Shown here: in pieces, positions 38,167-47,373 of the stretch
Layout of the letters: every line of letters begins with the position of its first letter
Position numbering within the stretch: position 1 is the stretch's first letter
Made by a program: the position numbers and the translations under genes
The notes under the pieces: generated by a model
Database searches by the model: none
What the model was told of the DNA's origin: nothing
What the model saw: only the letters and a program-made list of their open reading frames with translations
DNA from: Pseudomonadota bacterium
Lineage (GTDB): Bacteria > Bdellovibrionota > Bdellovibrionia > Bdellovibrionales > SG-bin7
Direction of reading: 5' to 3'
DNA length: 64,000 nt
Assembly (NCBI GenBank): GCA_034439715.1
Contig: JAWXAY010000029.1
Span: 96,001 to 160,000 of the forward strand

Positions 38167-38190
38167 TCTCATAAGGTGCCAGCCCCTAAA
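38167..38190 (+). repeat. REP-like repeat copy
   Basis: TCTCATAAGGTGCCAGCCC, identical over 19 bp to 40899-40917. Confidence 0.75.
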
Positions 38191-38733
38191 AAAGAAAGTT
38201 CACTTATTCGCCTTGCTACTCCCGATGATGCTGAGCTTTTTTACGATCACACATTTAGACACATGAGCGAATCTGGAAATAACGACCTGATTTTTCACCC
38301 TGTTGGTGACATGAAATCGTGGAAAAAAGAAGAAAATGTGGCCGCTATTAAGGAGCGCTGGGGCTATCCATCATCAACTGAATTTAAATGGGAGCGGGCC
38401 TGGGCTCTTTTTGTTGATAACCAAATTGTAGGCTCGGCAAATATTAGAGCCAATCCTTTACCAGCAGCTCGACATCGAGCAACATTTGCCATTGGTATCG
38501 AAAAACAGTATCGCAACCAAGGTTTTGGAAAACTCTTCATGACTCGAGCGATTGGTTGGGCGAAGGACCAACCGTTTTTAGATTGGCTTGATTTAAATGC
38601 CTTCTTAAATAACGAAAAGGCTATTGCGCTCTACAAATCCTTTGAATTTAAAGAAATCGGCACCACTGTGGATATTTTTAGAGTCAAAGGCCAGTCGATT
38701 GACGACATTCATATGTGTTTAAAACTTCGCTGA
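38176..38733 (+). CDS. GNAT family N-acetyltransferase
   Basis: IEKQYRNQGFGK acetyl-CoA motif, N..AI.LY..F.F; start codon uncertain. Confidence 0.85.
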   Translation: MPAPKKESSLIRLATPDDAELFYDHTFRHMSESGNNDLIFHPVGDMKSWKKEENVAAIKERWGYPSSTEFKWERAWALFVDNQIVGSANIRANPLPAARHRATFAIGIEKQYRNQGFGKLFMTRAIGWAKDQPFLDWLDLNAFLNNEKAIALYKSFEFKEIGTTVDIFRVKGQSIDDIHMCLKLR

Positions 38734-38770
38734 GCACCAAGGTCACCAACCTCTTTGCCCACTCTCGAAC

Positions 38771-38795
38771 AAGTGAAGGTATAGCTTCACTTTTT
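38771..38795 (+). terminator. Intrinsic terminator between convergent GNAT gene and tkt
   Basis: AAGTGAAG-GTATAG-CTTCACTT ending in a T5 run. Confidence 0.65.
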
Positions 38796-38852
38796 CAACA
38801 CAGTGGTAAGAGGCAATTACCGATAAGCGAATATGGAAATATCAGAAAATTC

Positions 38853-40886
38853 TTAAGAGAGCGCAGCAGCTTCGATGGCTTTAGCATCAATGCCGTGCTT
38901 TGCGTAGAGTTCGCTTGCTTTGTAGGCACTCTGGCCGAATTGATCGCGAACGCCAAGAGATTTCATTTGAGATATTTTCACGCCATTTTGCAATAAAGCG
39001 TGTGCGATAAGTGCACCCATGCCCCCAATGACTTGATGGTCTTCGACTGTCAGGATTTTGCCGCTAGTTTTTTCAAGGCAGGCAGCCAAAGTCGCTACAT
39101 CGGGATAATTAATAATTGCTGGATTTACCACAATACAACCGACGCCTTTGGTTTTCAAATTTTCTGCGGCCTTCACGGCTTGAGGCAAAATCGAGCCGCC
39201 CGCAACGATGGTAACACTTTTCTTAAAATCATTTGTGTTGTCACTAATGACTTGCGCTTTTTTCAGTTGATACTTATGACCTCCATCTAAAAATCGCTTC
39301 GGAAAATTTTCGCGACCTAAAAAGAAAATTGTTGAATGTGGCACTTGACCTAGTCTGCGAGCTTGAAAAAATTCTTCAAGCACCTGGCTCATTAGACTCT
39401 CGGCCTCATCAGAACAAGTAAGGCAATAAACGTCTACATTGGGAATCGAACAAGTCATCGAAATATAACTGAGTGCTTGGTGGCTTGCGCCATCTGCGGC
39501 ATCTTGAAAACCAGTATGTGAATATACGGCAATCATGGGCGCGCCAGAGAGGGCACCCATAATCATGGGAAGTGCACCTTTTGTCACACCAAATTGCGCG
39601 AAGGTGTCAACGACAGGAATATATCCCGCCTTTGATAACCCCACCGCCATGCTTACCATATTGGCCTCAGCCACACCTACATCTACGCCACTTTCAGGAA
39701 ACTCTTTGTGAAATGCGGCAACGCCAGTTGAACCAGGCAAATCAGATGTTACAGAAATAATCGGAAGGCCTGCTTTTTTCTTAGCGATCATCGCTTTCGC
39801 AATTCCTGTTTGAATTTTTTCTGCAGGGATTGCCTCTGACGATGTCGATGCTATCGACGGCGGTTTTGCGGCATATTTAGTCCGTATGTTTTGGCACCAA
39901 TTTCGAAATTCTTCGGGAACTTCGGAGTGCCCATAAATTTCACTCAGAAAAGCGGTAAGATCTTCAGGATTACTCAGTGGAAAGCCATGCCCTCCTGTAC
40001 TCGATTTCACAGTTTTTTCGACTCCAAAGCCCTTAATTGTTTTAGCGTGAATACAAACCGGCGTTTTGGGATCATCTAAAACTGAAAGTATTGCTTGCTC
40101 GACAGCCGCCATACATGCCGCCAAGTCGTGACCGTTACCGATAGGTATTACCTTCCACCCTAAAGCTTTCATCGCCGCAAACTGGGGACTCATTGAAAAA
40201 CTATCGGCATCAATACGACCCGAAAGTTTGGTGTTATTGTCACTCACAATACAAACAAAGGGTGCTAATTTTTCTTTAGTTGCAAAACCGGGAATCGCTG
40301 CAAAAGCTTCTTTAGCCTCTCCCTCAAAACTGGCGCCATCGGAAATCGCGCAAATGGTGACTCGTTTTTTCTGCGACAAATAATCAGCGTATGCTAAACC
40401 CTGCGCCTGAGGAATACTTGAACCTAAAGGACCATTACTCAAAAGTATGGCTTCAGGAAAAAGATGGGACTCGCCATGTCCAGTGAGTTTACTTTCAATC
40501 GAACGAAATTTTCTTAAGTCTTGAAATGTCAGTCCGGCAAAACCGTAATTTGCACGGAGTGCGTAGAGCCCATTTTCACAGTGGCCGGCATCATTTATTA
40601 AGTTAAATTTTTCAAACCAATCGATGTTGTTGCGTTCAGAAATATGAAATACATAACCAAAAACCGCTGACATAAGTTCGGCAAACGCAGCCGGCCCTCC
40701 CCAGTGTGAAGCAGCCCCACCAATGACGGCTTCCATGTCCATGAGTGCTACCATCGCACGTGTCGCCCGCGGGTCAGCAACTTTAATGCGGTCTCCATTT
40801 ATTAGCGGCACTTCAACCCAATATTTAGGGGGAAGGTTAGGGTTTCTGGCTAAGTGATTTTTTAGGGATATTGGTTGTATCGGCAT
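38853..40886 (-). CDS. tkt: Transketolase (single-chain, TPP-dependent)
   Basis: GPLG, SDGA..EG..E, GVAEANMV, DGASHQ, VEDH...GGMG. Confidence 0.85.
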   Translation of the reverse strand: MPIQPISLKNHLARNPNLPPKYWVEVPLINGDRIKVADPRATRAMVALMDMEAVIGGAASHWGGPAAFAELMSAVFGYVFHISERNNIDWFEKFNLINDAGHCENGLYALRANYGFAGLTFQDLRKFRSIESKLTGHGESHLFPEAILLSNGPLGSSIPQAQGLAYADYLSQKKRVTICAISDGASFEGEAKEAFAAIPGFATKEKLAPFVCIVSDNNTKLSGRIDADSFSMSPQFAAMKALGWKVIPIGNGHDLAACMAAVEQAILSVLDDPKTPVCIHAKTIKGFGVEKTVKSSTGGHGFPLSNPEDLTAFLSEIYGHSEVPEEFRNWCQNIRTKYAAKPPSIASTSSEAIPAEKIQTGIAKAMIAKKKAGLPIISVTSDLPGSTGVAAFHKEFPESGVDVGVAEANMVSMAVGLSKAGYIPVVDTFAQFGVTKGALPMIMGALSGAPMIAVYSHTGFQDAADGASHQALSYISMTCSIPNVDVYCLTCSDEAESLMSQVLEEFFQARRLGQVPHSTIFFLGRENFPKRFLDGGHKYQLKKAQVISDNTNDFKKSVTIVAGGSILPQAVKAAENLKTKGVGCIVVNPAIINYPDVATLAACLEKTSGKILTVEDHQVIGGMGALIAHALLQNGVKISQMKSLGVRDQFGQSAYKASELYAKHGIDAKAIEAAALS

Positions 40887-40898
40887 GGTTGGAATCTA

Positions 40899-40922
40899 TC
40901 TCATAAGGTGCCAGCCCGTGAA
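40899..40922 (+). repeat. REP-like repeat copy, left flank of the RAYT gene
   Basis: TCTCATAAGGTGCCAGCCCGTGAA. Confidence 0.75.
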
Positions 40923-41057
40923 GAAGATACGCGGCGCGATACTGAAATGTTACCAACTGAATTTCGTACGATAGTGTCCGATATATAGCCGCCACTATCC
41001 TCAAAAACCTTTTAAGCGCGAGAGCGGCAGGCATAAATCTTTGCAGTATCAAGACTC

Positions 41058-41696
41058 ATGGCCCGAAACCCAGCAATACTTCAAAGCACTCACCCCTATA
41101 ATGTTGGCGCCAGATGCATAAACCGGGAATGGTTCAATATTCCAATGGACGAAGTATGGGAAATCATGTCTCGCCAACTCTTTTTTATTCGGCACGCCTA
41201 CAATGTGCGAATTCACTCCTTTGTATTGATGAGCAACCACTTCCATCTGCTCATTTCAACGCCGGAAGCAAACCTTAGCCAGGCGATGGCTAATTTTATG
41301 GGAGAAACAAGTCGCTATTTAAATCTAGCCGGGAACAGAGAAAACGAAACCTATGCGGGTCGGCACTTTCGATCGATAATCGAGAACTATCACAGCTTTA
41401 CTCATGCCTATAAATATAACTACCGTAATCCAGTTAAGTGCGGAACGGTGACCCATGTTGAGTCCTACAAATACAGCACTTTGCACGGCCTGCTGGGGTT
41501 GAGTCATCTGCAAATTCCAGTAGAAGAGGACTTACTTTTATTTCCAGATATTCAGGATACACTTAACTGGCTAAATACCGATTCTGGTAATGACAACTCA
41601 CTGGTTATCAAATACGCGCTAAAAAGAAAAGTATTTAAAATGCGCAAGCTCTTGGTAACAAAAAAGCCCCATAACTTGGAGTTTGAAAGATATTGA
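41058..41696 (+). mobile_element. REP-associated tyrosine transposase (RAYT, Y1/HUH superfamily)
   Basis: MAR N-terminus, FVLMSNHFHLL (HUH), Y.GR.F.S, Y..RNPVK.G, Y.YS motifs; flanked by inverted repeat copies. Confidence 0.85.
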
Positions 41697-41721
41697 GCGG
41701 CGATCCTCGTAACGATTCGCG

Positions 41722-41763
41722 TTTAGGGCCTGGCACCCTACGAGCCCTACGAGCCCTACGAGA
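41722..41763 (-). repeat. REP-like repeat copy with a triplicated 9-mer, right flank of the RAYT gene
   Basis: Reverse complement T(CTCGTAGGG)3TGCCAGGCCCTAAA; contains the thiQ TAG stop. Confidence 0.75.
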
Positions 41764-42388
41764 ACAGTCTTCCACGATTGAGTGTAAATACTTTCTTACA
41801 GATCTTGAGGTCTTCTTTGTCGTGAGTGATAAGCAGCGATGGAATTTTTCTTCGCTCGATGACTTTTACCACTAAATCTCGGGCCTCATTTTTGAGCTCG
41901 AGATCCAGCGCCGAAAAGGGCTCATCTAAAAACAAAAACCTTGGCTGACCGATGAGCGCACGAGCAAGCGCCACGCGCTGCTGTTCGCCGCCTGAAAGTT
42001 GATGGGCCCGCCGAAACAAACACTCCGCAAGCGACAATTCACGAACCAGGCTTGCGAATTCCTCAAGAGACTCAGATTCTGAAATTTTTCGGGCTTCGGC
42101 CGCAAACAAAATATTATCGCGAGCGCTCATGTGGGGGAACAACTCATAATTTTGAAAGACCACGCCCAATCGCCTTTGCGGCGCTGACAATTTAGCGAGG
42201 TCAATTCCTCTAAAACTCCACTCCAAACTCGGGCATTCGTCGAGGCCAATTAAAATCCGAAATGCTGACGTCTTCCCTGCACCCGATGGCCCCCAAAGTG
42301 CAGTGATACCTTCGTCAGAAATTTCCATTTCAGGAATTTCAATGCTGAAGTTTCCATAGTTACGAATAAGATTTTTCACCAAGGACAC
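41756..42388 (-). CDS. thiQ: ABC transporter ATP-binding subunit (thiamine)
   Basis: GPSGAGKT, LSGGEQQR, LDEPFSALD, ITHD; in an operon with permease and binding protein. Confidence 0.8.
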   Translation of the reverse strand: MSLVKNLIRNYGNFSIEIPEMEISDEGITALWGPSGAGKTSAFRILIGLDECPSLEWSFRGIDLAKLSAPQRRLGVVFQNYELFPHMSARDNILFAAEARKISESESLEEFASLVRELSLAECLFRRAHQLSGGEQQRVALARALIGQPRFLFLDEPFSALDLELKNEARDLVVKVIERRKIPSLLITHDKEDLKICKKVFTLNRGRLFS

Positions 42389-43832
42389 GGCCGATCCCCC
42401 AGAAAAACATTCCAACACTTACACCAACAATAATCAACACCCAAGCCAAAGTGACTCCTGGATTTATTCGGTAAGAGCTCATCAAACTATCAATGTGCAT
42501 AGCCAAAGTAAAATTTTTGCCCGAAACCAATTTAGAAATCGCAAAGTCGCCTGAGGCCCAAATACCAGCAAGACCGGCTAAGAGACCTGCCTCACCAATG
42601 ACTTGCGGAAACACCAACTTTGTAAAAATAAGATTCCAGCTTGCACCCAATGTACGAGCTGTTTCAATCTGGGGCTCCAAACTATCAATAAGATTAGCCC
42701 ATCTAAATCGGTAAAGAACCGGTAATATCAAAATGCTCAGGCCCAGAATAATATAAATAAATTCGATGTTGTTATTATTTCTTTTTAACAAAAACATCGC
42801 AAATCCAACAAGGGCTGAGCTCGGCGCCACGAACGAAAATAAAAACCAGCGAAAGGTAGAATGCGGAAGACCGTAAGCTACTATTAGCAATCCGAAAATA
42901 CAAAATATACTCGTACCAATTGAAATCAAAAAAGTACCCATGATTAGTGTGGGTAAGCCCTGAACGAGTGCGGGAGTGGAGCGTATTTGCTCGATACCGC
43001 TAAGTAATCCCGTAAAAAGCCCGCTCAGGGAAACCAATACGCAACCGACCGGCATCAGTAAACCACTGCCTCGGGACAATAATTTTAAATTGCTCCACTT
43101 ATAATTACTTTCTCTTACTCCAGTTGAGAATATTTTTAACTTTCCCATTAGGGTTAAGCCCATAAGCATCAACAGTTGCACGAGAGAAAGGCCAATAGCC
43201 TGTGCTAAGTTTCCGTCGACTCTAATTTTTTCATAGATCAGGACTTCAAGCGTGTTACTCCCAATTTTGCCAGCCATCAGTGGAACAGAAAAACTCGCAA
43301 AGCAAAGCGAAAAAACATATAAAAATAAGCTATACAGGTCAGTACTGAGCAGTCTTACTCCCGCCCGTCTAAAAAAAAACCAAAGCGACGCCCCTTCGAC
43401 GTAGGCAAGTTCAATCGTTCTGCCAAAACGACTACGTAGTGTTAGGAAAATACTAACACTAACTGTGCCCACATTGATCAATGAGTGCAGAATTACAATA
43501 CCTGTCATTCCAAACGGAAAAGGTTTGAAAATTTGAAAGCACGATAAAATTATGAACAATGCCGGAACTAAATTTGGCAGGAGCAAAAAAAATGTTACAC
43601 GATTAACAAATATTTCACCAAATCGAGAAAAAACCCAGACTAAACCAAGCGCGCCCCAAACACCTAAAATTACTGAGGCCAAAGCACTCAAAAAAGCTTG
43701 GGTAAGAGTAAAACTCAAAACATTGGCCACTTCTGTAATCTCGGGGAACGAAAAAGATTGAGTTCTTATGATAAAAATTAGGTAAGGAAATAGAAGCAAA
43801 ACCGCAATTAAAACTCGAGAGAGCGCCCTCAC
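42360..43832 (-). CDS. thiP: ABC transporter permease (thiamine), duplicated TM domains
   Basis: FTLTQAFLSA N-terminal motif; two EAA-like motifs (ELAYVEGAS, ETARTLGAS). Confidence 0.8.
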   Translation of the reverse strand: MRALSRVLIAVLLLFPYLIFIIRTQSFSFPEITEVANVLSFTLTQAFLSALASVILGVWGALGLVWVFSRFGEIFVNRVTFFLLLPNLVPALFIILSCFQIFKPFPFGMTGIVILHSLINVGTVSVSIFLTLRSRFGRTIELAYVEGASLWFFFRRAGVRLLSTDLYSLFLYVFSLCFASFSVPLMAGKIGSNTLEVLIYEKIRVDGNLAQAIGLSLVQLLMLMGLTLMGKLKIFSTGVRESNYKWSNLKLLSRGSGLLMPVGCVLVSLSGLFTGLLSGIEQIRSTPALVQGLPTLIMGTFLISIGTSIFCIFGLLIVAYGLPHSTFRWFLFSFVAPSSALVGFAMFLLKRNNNNIEFIYIILGLSILILPVLYRFRWANLIDSLEPQIETARTLGASWNLIFTKLVFPQVIGEAGLLAGLAGIWASGDFAISKLVSGKNFTLAMHIDSLMSSYRINPGVTLAWVLIIVGVSVGMFFWGIGRVLGEKSYS

Positions 43833-43833
43833 T

Positions 43834-44883
43834 TTACCAAAGCCCTTTCCAAAGTTCTAACCACGTCTTTTTTTTCTCGGCAGTTAAAGAGCTGTAATTC
43901 AATTCTTTGATTTTTAATTTAGGCAACCGCCGTAAATTTTCTGAGGAGCTCGTCAATTTTACCACTGGCAACATAAAGTTTCTGGTCACAATGATTTCTT
44001 GCGCTTTTTCCGAAAGCAAAAACCTAATAAATTTTTCTGCCAAATCTCGGTCGGCCGAAGTTGCTGGAATCCCAACATATTCTACTTGATAGGGGTGACC
44101 CTGTACAAAGTTGGCCGCTTCTATTTGATCTAAATCTTTCTCTTGCTGCCAATGATACATCAAAGATGTTAAATAACTAAAGGTCAGCGGCACTTGTTTA
44201 GTTTGAAAAAGGCCGTAGGCAGCAGACCATGATGGCGCCATTGAAAAAATATTACCTTTCAATTTTTCTAGGTAATTTATTGCGCCCGCCTCCCCTTTTT
44301 CACTGATCAACCAATAATAAAACTGAAAACCCAAATTGCTAGTGCGCGGATCTTGCAAAGATATTTTCTTTTCGAACCGTTGATCGAGTAGGTCGTCTAA
44401 ACTAATGGGCGGTTTTACGTCGCCTTTTCGAATAACAAAAGTAAGTGGCGCCCAATCAAATGGAATCAAGGTCTTTTTCTCTAGAGAAACTGGAAGCATC
44501 GGGCTCCACTGAATATCACTAAAAAACTTTTCGCTGAATTCATGCCAGGCGAAGCCACTCAAAGCTTCATCCTTCGTCATTTGGTCCATACCAAGAACGA
44601 CGTCGACATTTCCTACTTCATACCGCAATTTCTGCAGTAATACTCCCGAGTCTCCCGCATCGATAAGGTCTACTTTACAATTGCAAGCCTCTTCAAAAAT
44701 CAGCACTAACTCAGGGCCCGCTCCCCAGGATTGGGTAAATGAGGAATAAGCATATACCGTCAGTAGTTTTTTTGTGGCGTTTTTTAATTCGACGCCATGA
44801 TCTATATGAAAAAAAATGATGGCCAATCCTAAAATAAAAAAATACGTACCTAGTGGCCTAAGATATTTTATCAGAATCTTCAC
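43834..44883 (-). CDS. thiB: Thiamine ABC transporter substrate-binding protein
   Basis: LTVYAYSSF..SWG.GP, DVVLG.D, QDPRTS..G, WS.AYGLF, SY.TS, QVEY. Confidence 0.85.
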   Translation of the reverse strand: MKILIKYLRPLGTYFFILGLAIIFFHIDHGVELKNATKKLLTVYAYSSFTQSWGAGPELVLIFEEACNCKVDLIDAGDSGVLLQKLRYEVGNVDVVLGMDQMTKDEALSGFAWHEFSEKFFSDIQWSPMLPVSLEKKTLIPFDWAPLTFVIRKGDVKPPISLDDLLDQRFEKKISLQDPRTSNLGFQFYYWLISEKGEAGAINYLEKLKGNIFSMAPSWSAAYGLFQTKQVPLTFSYLTSLMYHWQQEKDLDQIEAANFVQGHPYQVEYVGIPATSADRDLAEKFIRFLLSEKAQEIIVTRNFMLPVVKLTSSSENLRRLPKLKIKELNYSSLTAEKKKTWLELWKGLW

Positions 44884-45362
44884 CACCACAGCCCGCGATG
44901 GCGTTTATAAAAGTAATAATCCAAACCCAAACAACGCCCAGCGCCTAGCCAAGACAACATTAAACAGATGGCCATAAAGGTTTTGAATATTACCGCATAA
45001 TCGGGATTTGATATAAAAATAAAGGACCAACTTAAAAGAACGGCTACCAGCGCGAATGGGCGCACTAAAAAACCGGCCATTAGTGATACGCCAATGGCAA
45101 ATTCAATACCTGTCAAAAAATAAGCGGATGACTGCCAATGAGGCACCACAATATTCTCGAGAAATGATCGGTAGCCAGCCGGAACTTGATGTTTAGGAAG
45201 CCACTCGTTAATAAATGCGGCCAAGCGTGGATGAGTTAAAAAGTCGCCCTTATAATTGACGTAAGCCTGGTTAAAATAATAATAACCCATAAATACTCGC
45301 AAAAAAGTAACGGGTACTAAATGGCCGACATACTTAATGCTTTCAAAAAATGAAACTATCAT
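44880..45362 (-). CDS. DoxX family membrane protein
   Basis: FLRVFMG, E..IG..L..G.L.R, GAGR.LGLD. Confidence 0.8.
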   Translation of the reverse strand: MIVSFFESIKYVGHLVPVTFLRVFMGYYYFNQAYVNYKGDFLTHPRLAAFINEWLPKHQVPAGYRSFLENIVVPHWQSSAYFLTGIEFAIGVSLMAGFLVRPFALVAVLLSWSFIFISNPDYAVIFKTFMAICLMLSWLGAGRCLGLDYYFYKRHRGLWW

Positions 45363-45453
45363 CGGAGGTTATTTTGACGCAGGCCAGGTAGAGCTGTCAA
45401 TTAACGTCGTTCTGGCTGTAGACAGGCCCCGTCATAAATGCCACTATAATTTA

Positions 45454-46404
45454 ATGATTAAATTCTGTCTGATTTTGATGTTGATATGTCCTGCTCTTGG
45501 TATTTCTGCCGAGGAGCCGCTCGAAACACCCTCAGAAGTAAAATCGACAATTCCTGAAATGTTGGAGAAGCTTAAATCACGGATAAAGCCATTTAAGTGG
45601 GATAAAAGTATTTTTACTCAAGAAAATTGGAGCCAGCAAGGTTACTCAGTTAATGGTTTGCCCCTGATATATTGGACCTGTGGAAAAGCAAATGCTCAGA
45701 ATCGCGCGCTAATACTTTCAGGCGTACATGGCGACGAAGTGACGCCAATTTATTTCGGTTTTCGTGTGGTGGAATGGCTAAAATCTAAACCCAGTCTTTG
45801 CGATGATAAATTTGTGGTTATTGCCCCTATCGTTAATCCCGACGGATTTTTACGTTACCGAAAAGGAACACGCACAAACTGGAACAAAGTAGACGTCAAT
45901 CGAAACTTTAATACACCTGACTGGGAAGCGGACGCGCTGAGGCTCTGGAAATCCAAATTTTCCTCGCAAAGAAGGTATTATCCAGGTGATGTACCCGAGT
46001 CTGAGCCAGAAACTAAATTTCAAAAATGGCTCATCGAACACTTTAAACCCTCAAAAATCATGAGCGTGCACGCCCCACTTAACATGCTCGATTTTGATGG
46101 CCCCGAAAACACCGAGATGGGAGTTTTCTCAAAAGCCTATGTTGAAAGTTGTGAAAGCTTAAAAGAAGGCATGAAAAAAACCACGACTATTTTAAAATTT
46201 TACGCCTTTGGAATGTATCCCGGTTCTCTCGGAAATTATGCTGGAAAAATCTTAGGAATTCCTACGATTACACCTGAACTTCCTACCATAAATCCACAAG
46301 AAGCCGGATATTATTTTGGAGAAATGGAACAAAGCACGCGACTGTTCTTGGACTATAAAATGTTTCCTAAACCGGACAGTAATTTCGCCACTGCTACCAA
46401 GTAA
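45454..46404 (+). CDS. mpaA: M14 zinc carboxypeptidase, murein peptide amidase A-like, secreted
   Basis: GVHGDE, NPDG, N...VDVNRNF, SEPET, SVH, YPGSLGNY, T.EL; signal peptide from ATG 45454. Confidence 0.75.
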   Translation: MIKFCLILMLICPALGISAEEPLETPSEVKSTIPEMLEKLKSRIKPFKWDKSIFTQENWSQQGYSVNGLPLIYWTCGKANAQNRALILSGVHGDEVTPIYFGFRVVEWLKSKPSLCDDKFVVIAPIVNPDGFLRYRKGTRTNWNKVDVNRNFNTPDWEADALRLWKSKFSSQRRYYPGDVPESEPETKFQKWLIEHFKPSKIMSVHAPLNMLDFDGPENTEMGVFSKAYVESCESLKEGMKKTTTILKFYAFGMYPGSLGNYAGKILGIPTITPELPTINPQEAGYYFGEMEQSTRLFLDYKMFPKPDSNFATATK

Positions 46405-46415
46405 TCGGCCGTCTA

Positions 46416-47045
46416 TTAATCGTAGTTTTTTCGGGGACAAATTTCTTGTAAAAAACATCTGGCGCAGTCGGGACTTCTGGCTTTGCAGATTTTTCGTCCA
46501 TGCCAAATCATGAGATGTGAAAATTGAATCCAGTCTTTTTTTGGGATTTTTTTCTCTAAATCCTTTTCGATTTCATAGGGTTTTTTATAATTAGTCATCC
46601 CCATCCTCTGCGAAAGTCTCGACACATGGGTGTCAACTACGATGCCACTAGGTATGTCGAATGCGGTGCCGAGTACTACGTTGGCGGTTTTGGACCCCAC
46701 ACCCGGAAGTTTCACGAGTTCTATTTTATTTTGGGGAACTTCAGCTCTAAATTTTTCGACCAGAACTTTGGCAGTCTCCACAATATTTTTTGCTTTTACT
46801 CTAAAAAATCCAGTGGACTTTATTATCTTCTCAACATCGATAATCCTACCCTGTGCCATGGCTTTGGCGTCGGGATAATTTTCAAAAAGAATGGGTGTTA
46901 CTTTATTAACTCGTTCGTCAGTACACTGCGCAGAAAGAACAGTAGCCACCAATAATTGGAAAGGAGTTTCAAAGGTTAGTGCGCAGTGGGCGTCGGGATA
47001 GTATTTTTTTAGAAGCCTATGAAGCTGCTCAATTTTCTGGGCCAT
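46416..47045 (-). CDS. nth: Endonuclease III
   Basis: LLVATVLSAQCTD, LPGVGSKTANVV, VDTHV, C-x6-C-x2-C-x5-C; start probably ATG 47045. Confidence 0.95.
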   Translation of the reverse strand: MAQKIEQLHRLLKKYYPDAHCALTFETPFQLLVATVLSAQCTDERVNKVTPILFENYPDAKAMAQGRIIDVEKIIKSTGFFRVKAKNIVETAKVLVEKFRAEVPQNKIELVKLPGVGSKTANVVLGTAFDIPSGIVVDTHVSRLSQRMGMTNYKKPYEIEKDLEKKIPKKDWIQFSHLMIWHGRKICKARSPDCARCFLQEICPRKNYD

Positions 47046-47268
47046 CGTTGCCAATGGCCTCAACTGGGCAGGCTTCCATGGCTTCACGGACTTGGTCTTC
47101 TTCTTGTTGATTTTGCGGCTGCTTTTTGACAAAGGCGTGGCCATCTTCTTCTTTCATACTAAAATTCCCAGGTGCGGCTGTTACACATGCATCACAAGCG
47201 ATACAACTCTCATCAACATAAATCTTTCCTGCAATATTCTCTGGGTATTTTTTGTCTTTGTTAGGCAT
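47029..47268 (-). CDS. Ferredoxin (single cluster)
   Basis: CIACDAC and C-terminal CPVEAI. Confidence 0.9.
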   Translation of the reverse strand: MPNKDKKYPENIAGKIYVDESCIACDACVTAAPGNFSMKEEDGHAFVKKQPQNQQEEDQVREAMEACPVEAIGNDGPEN

Positions 47269-47294
47269 TTAGTTCGAGGCTCCTTGTTTTTAAG

Positions 47295-47323
47295 CTTTTA
47301 CCTAGCCTTTAGTCCGTTGTCAA
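47295..47323 (-). promoter_or_regulatory. Sigma70 promoter for ferredoxin-nth
   Basis: TTGACA-N17-TAAAAG. Confidence 0.55.
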
Positions 47324-47373
47324 ACTAGCGAAAACTCGATTTTTCTTAGTATAATACAACTAGAGGGCTAAGT

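Noticed and set aside
41029..41045. Sigma54-like AGGCATAAATCTTTGCA upstream of the RAYT gene
   Set aside because: GG-to-GC spacing is 11 nt instead of the required 10.
41736..41762. CRISPR mini-array from (CCCTACGAG)3
   Set aside because: 9-bp tandem units with no spacers and no cas genes in the window.
40899..41763. Classical IS200/IS605 or DDE insertion sequence
   Set aside because: No tnpB and no target-site duplication seen; the protein motifs fit RAYT and the flanking repeats also occur elsewhere.
47046..47144. Lys-rich N-terminal extension of Nth in the ORF track
   Set aside because: It is an alternative frame of the ferredoxin gene; Nth homology starts near ATG 47045.
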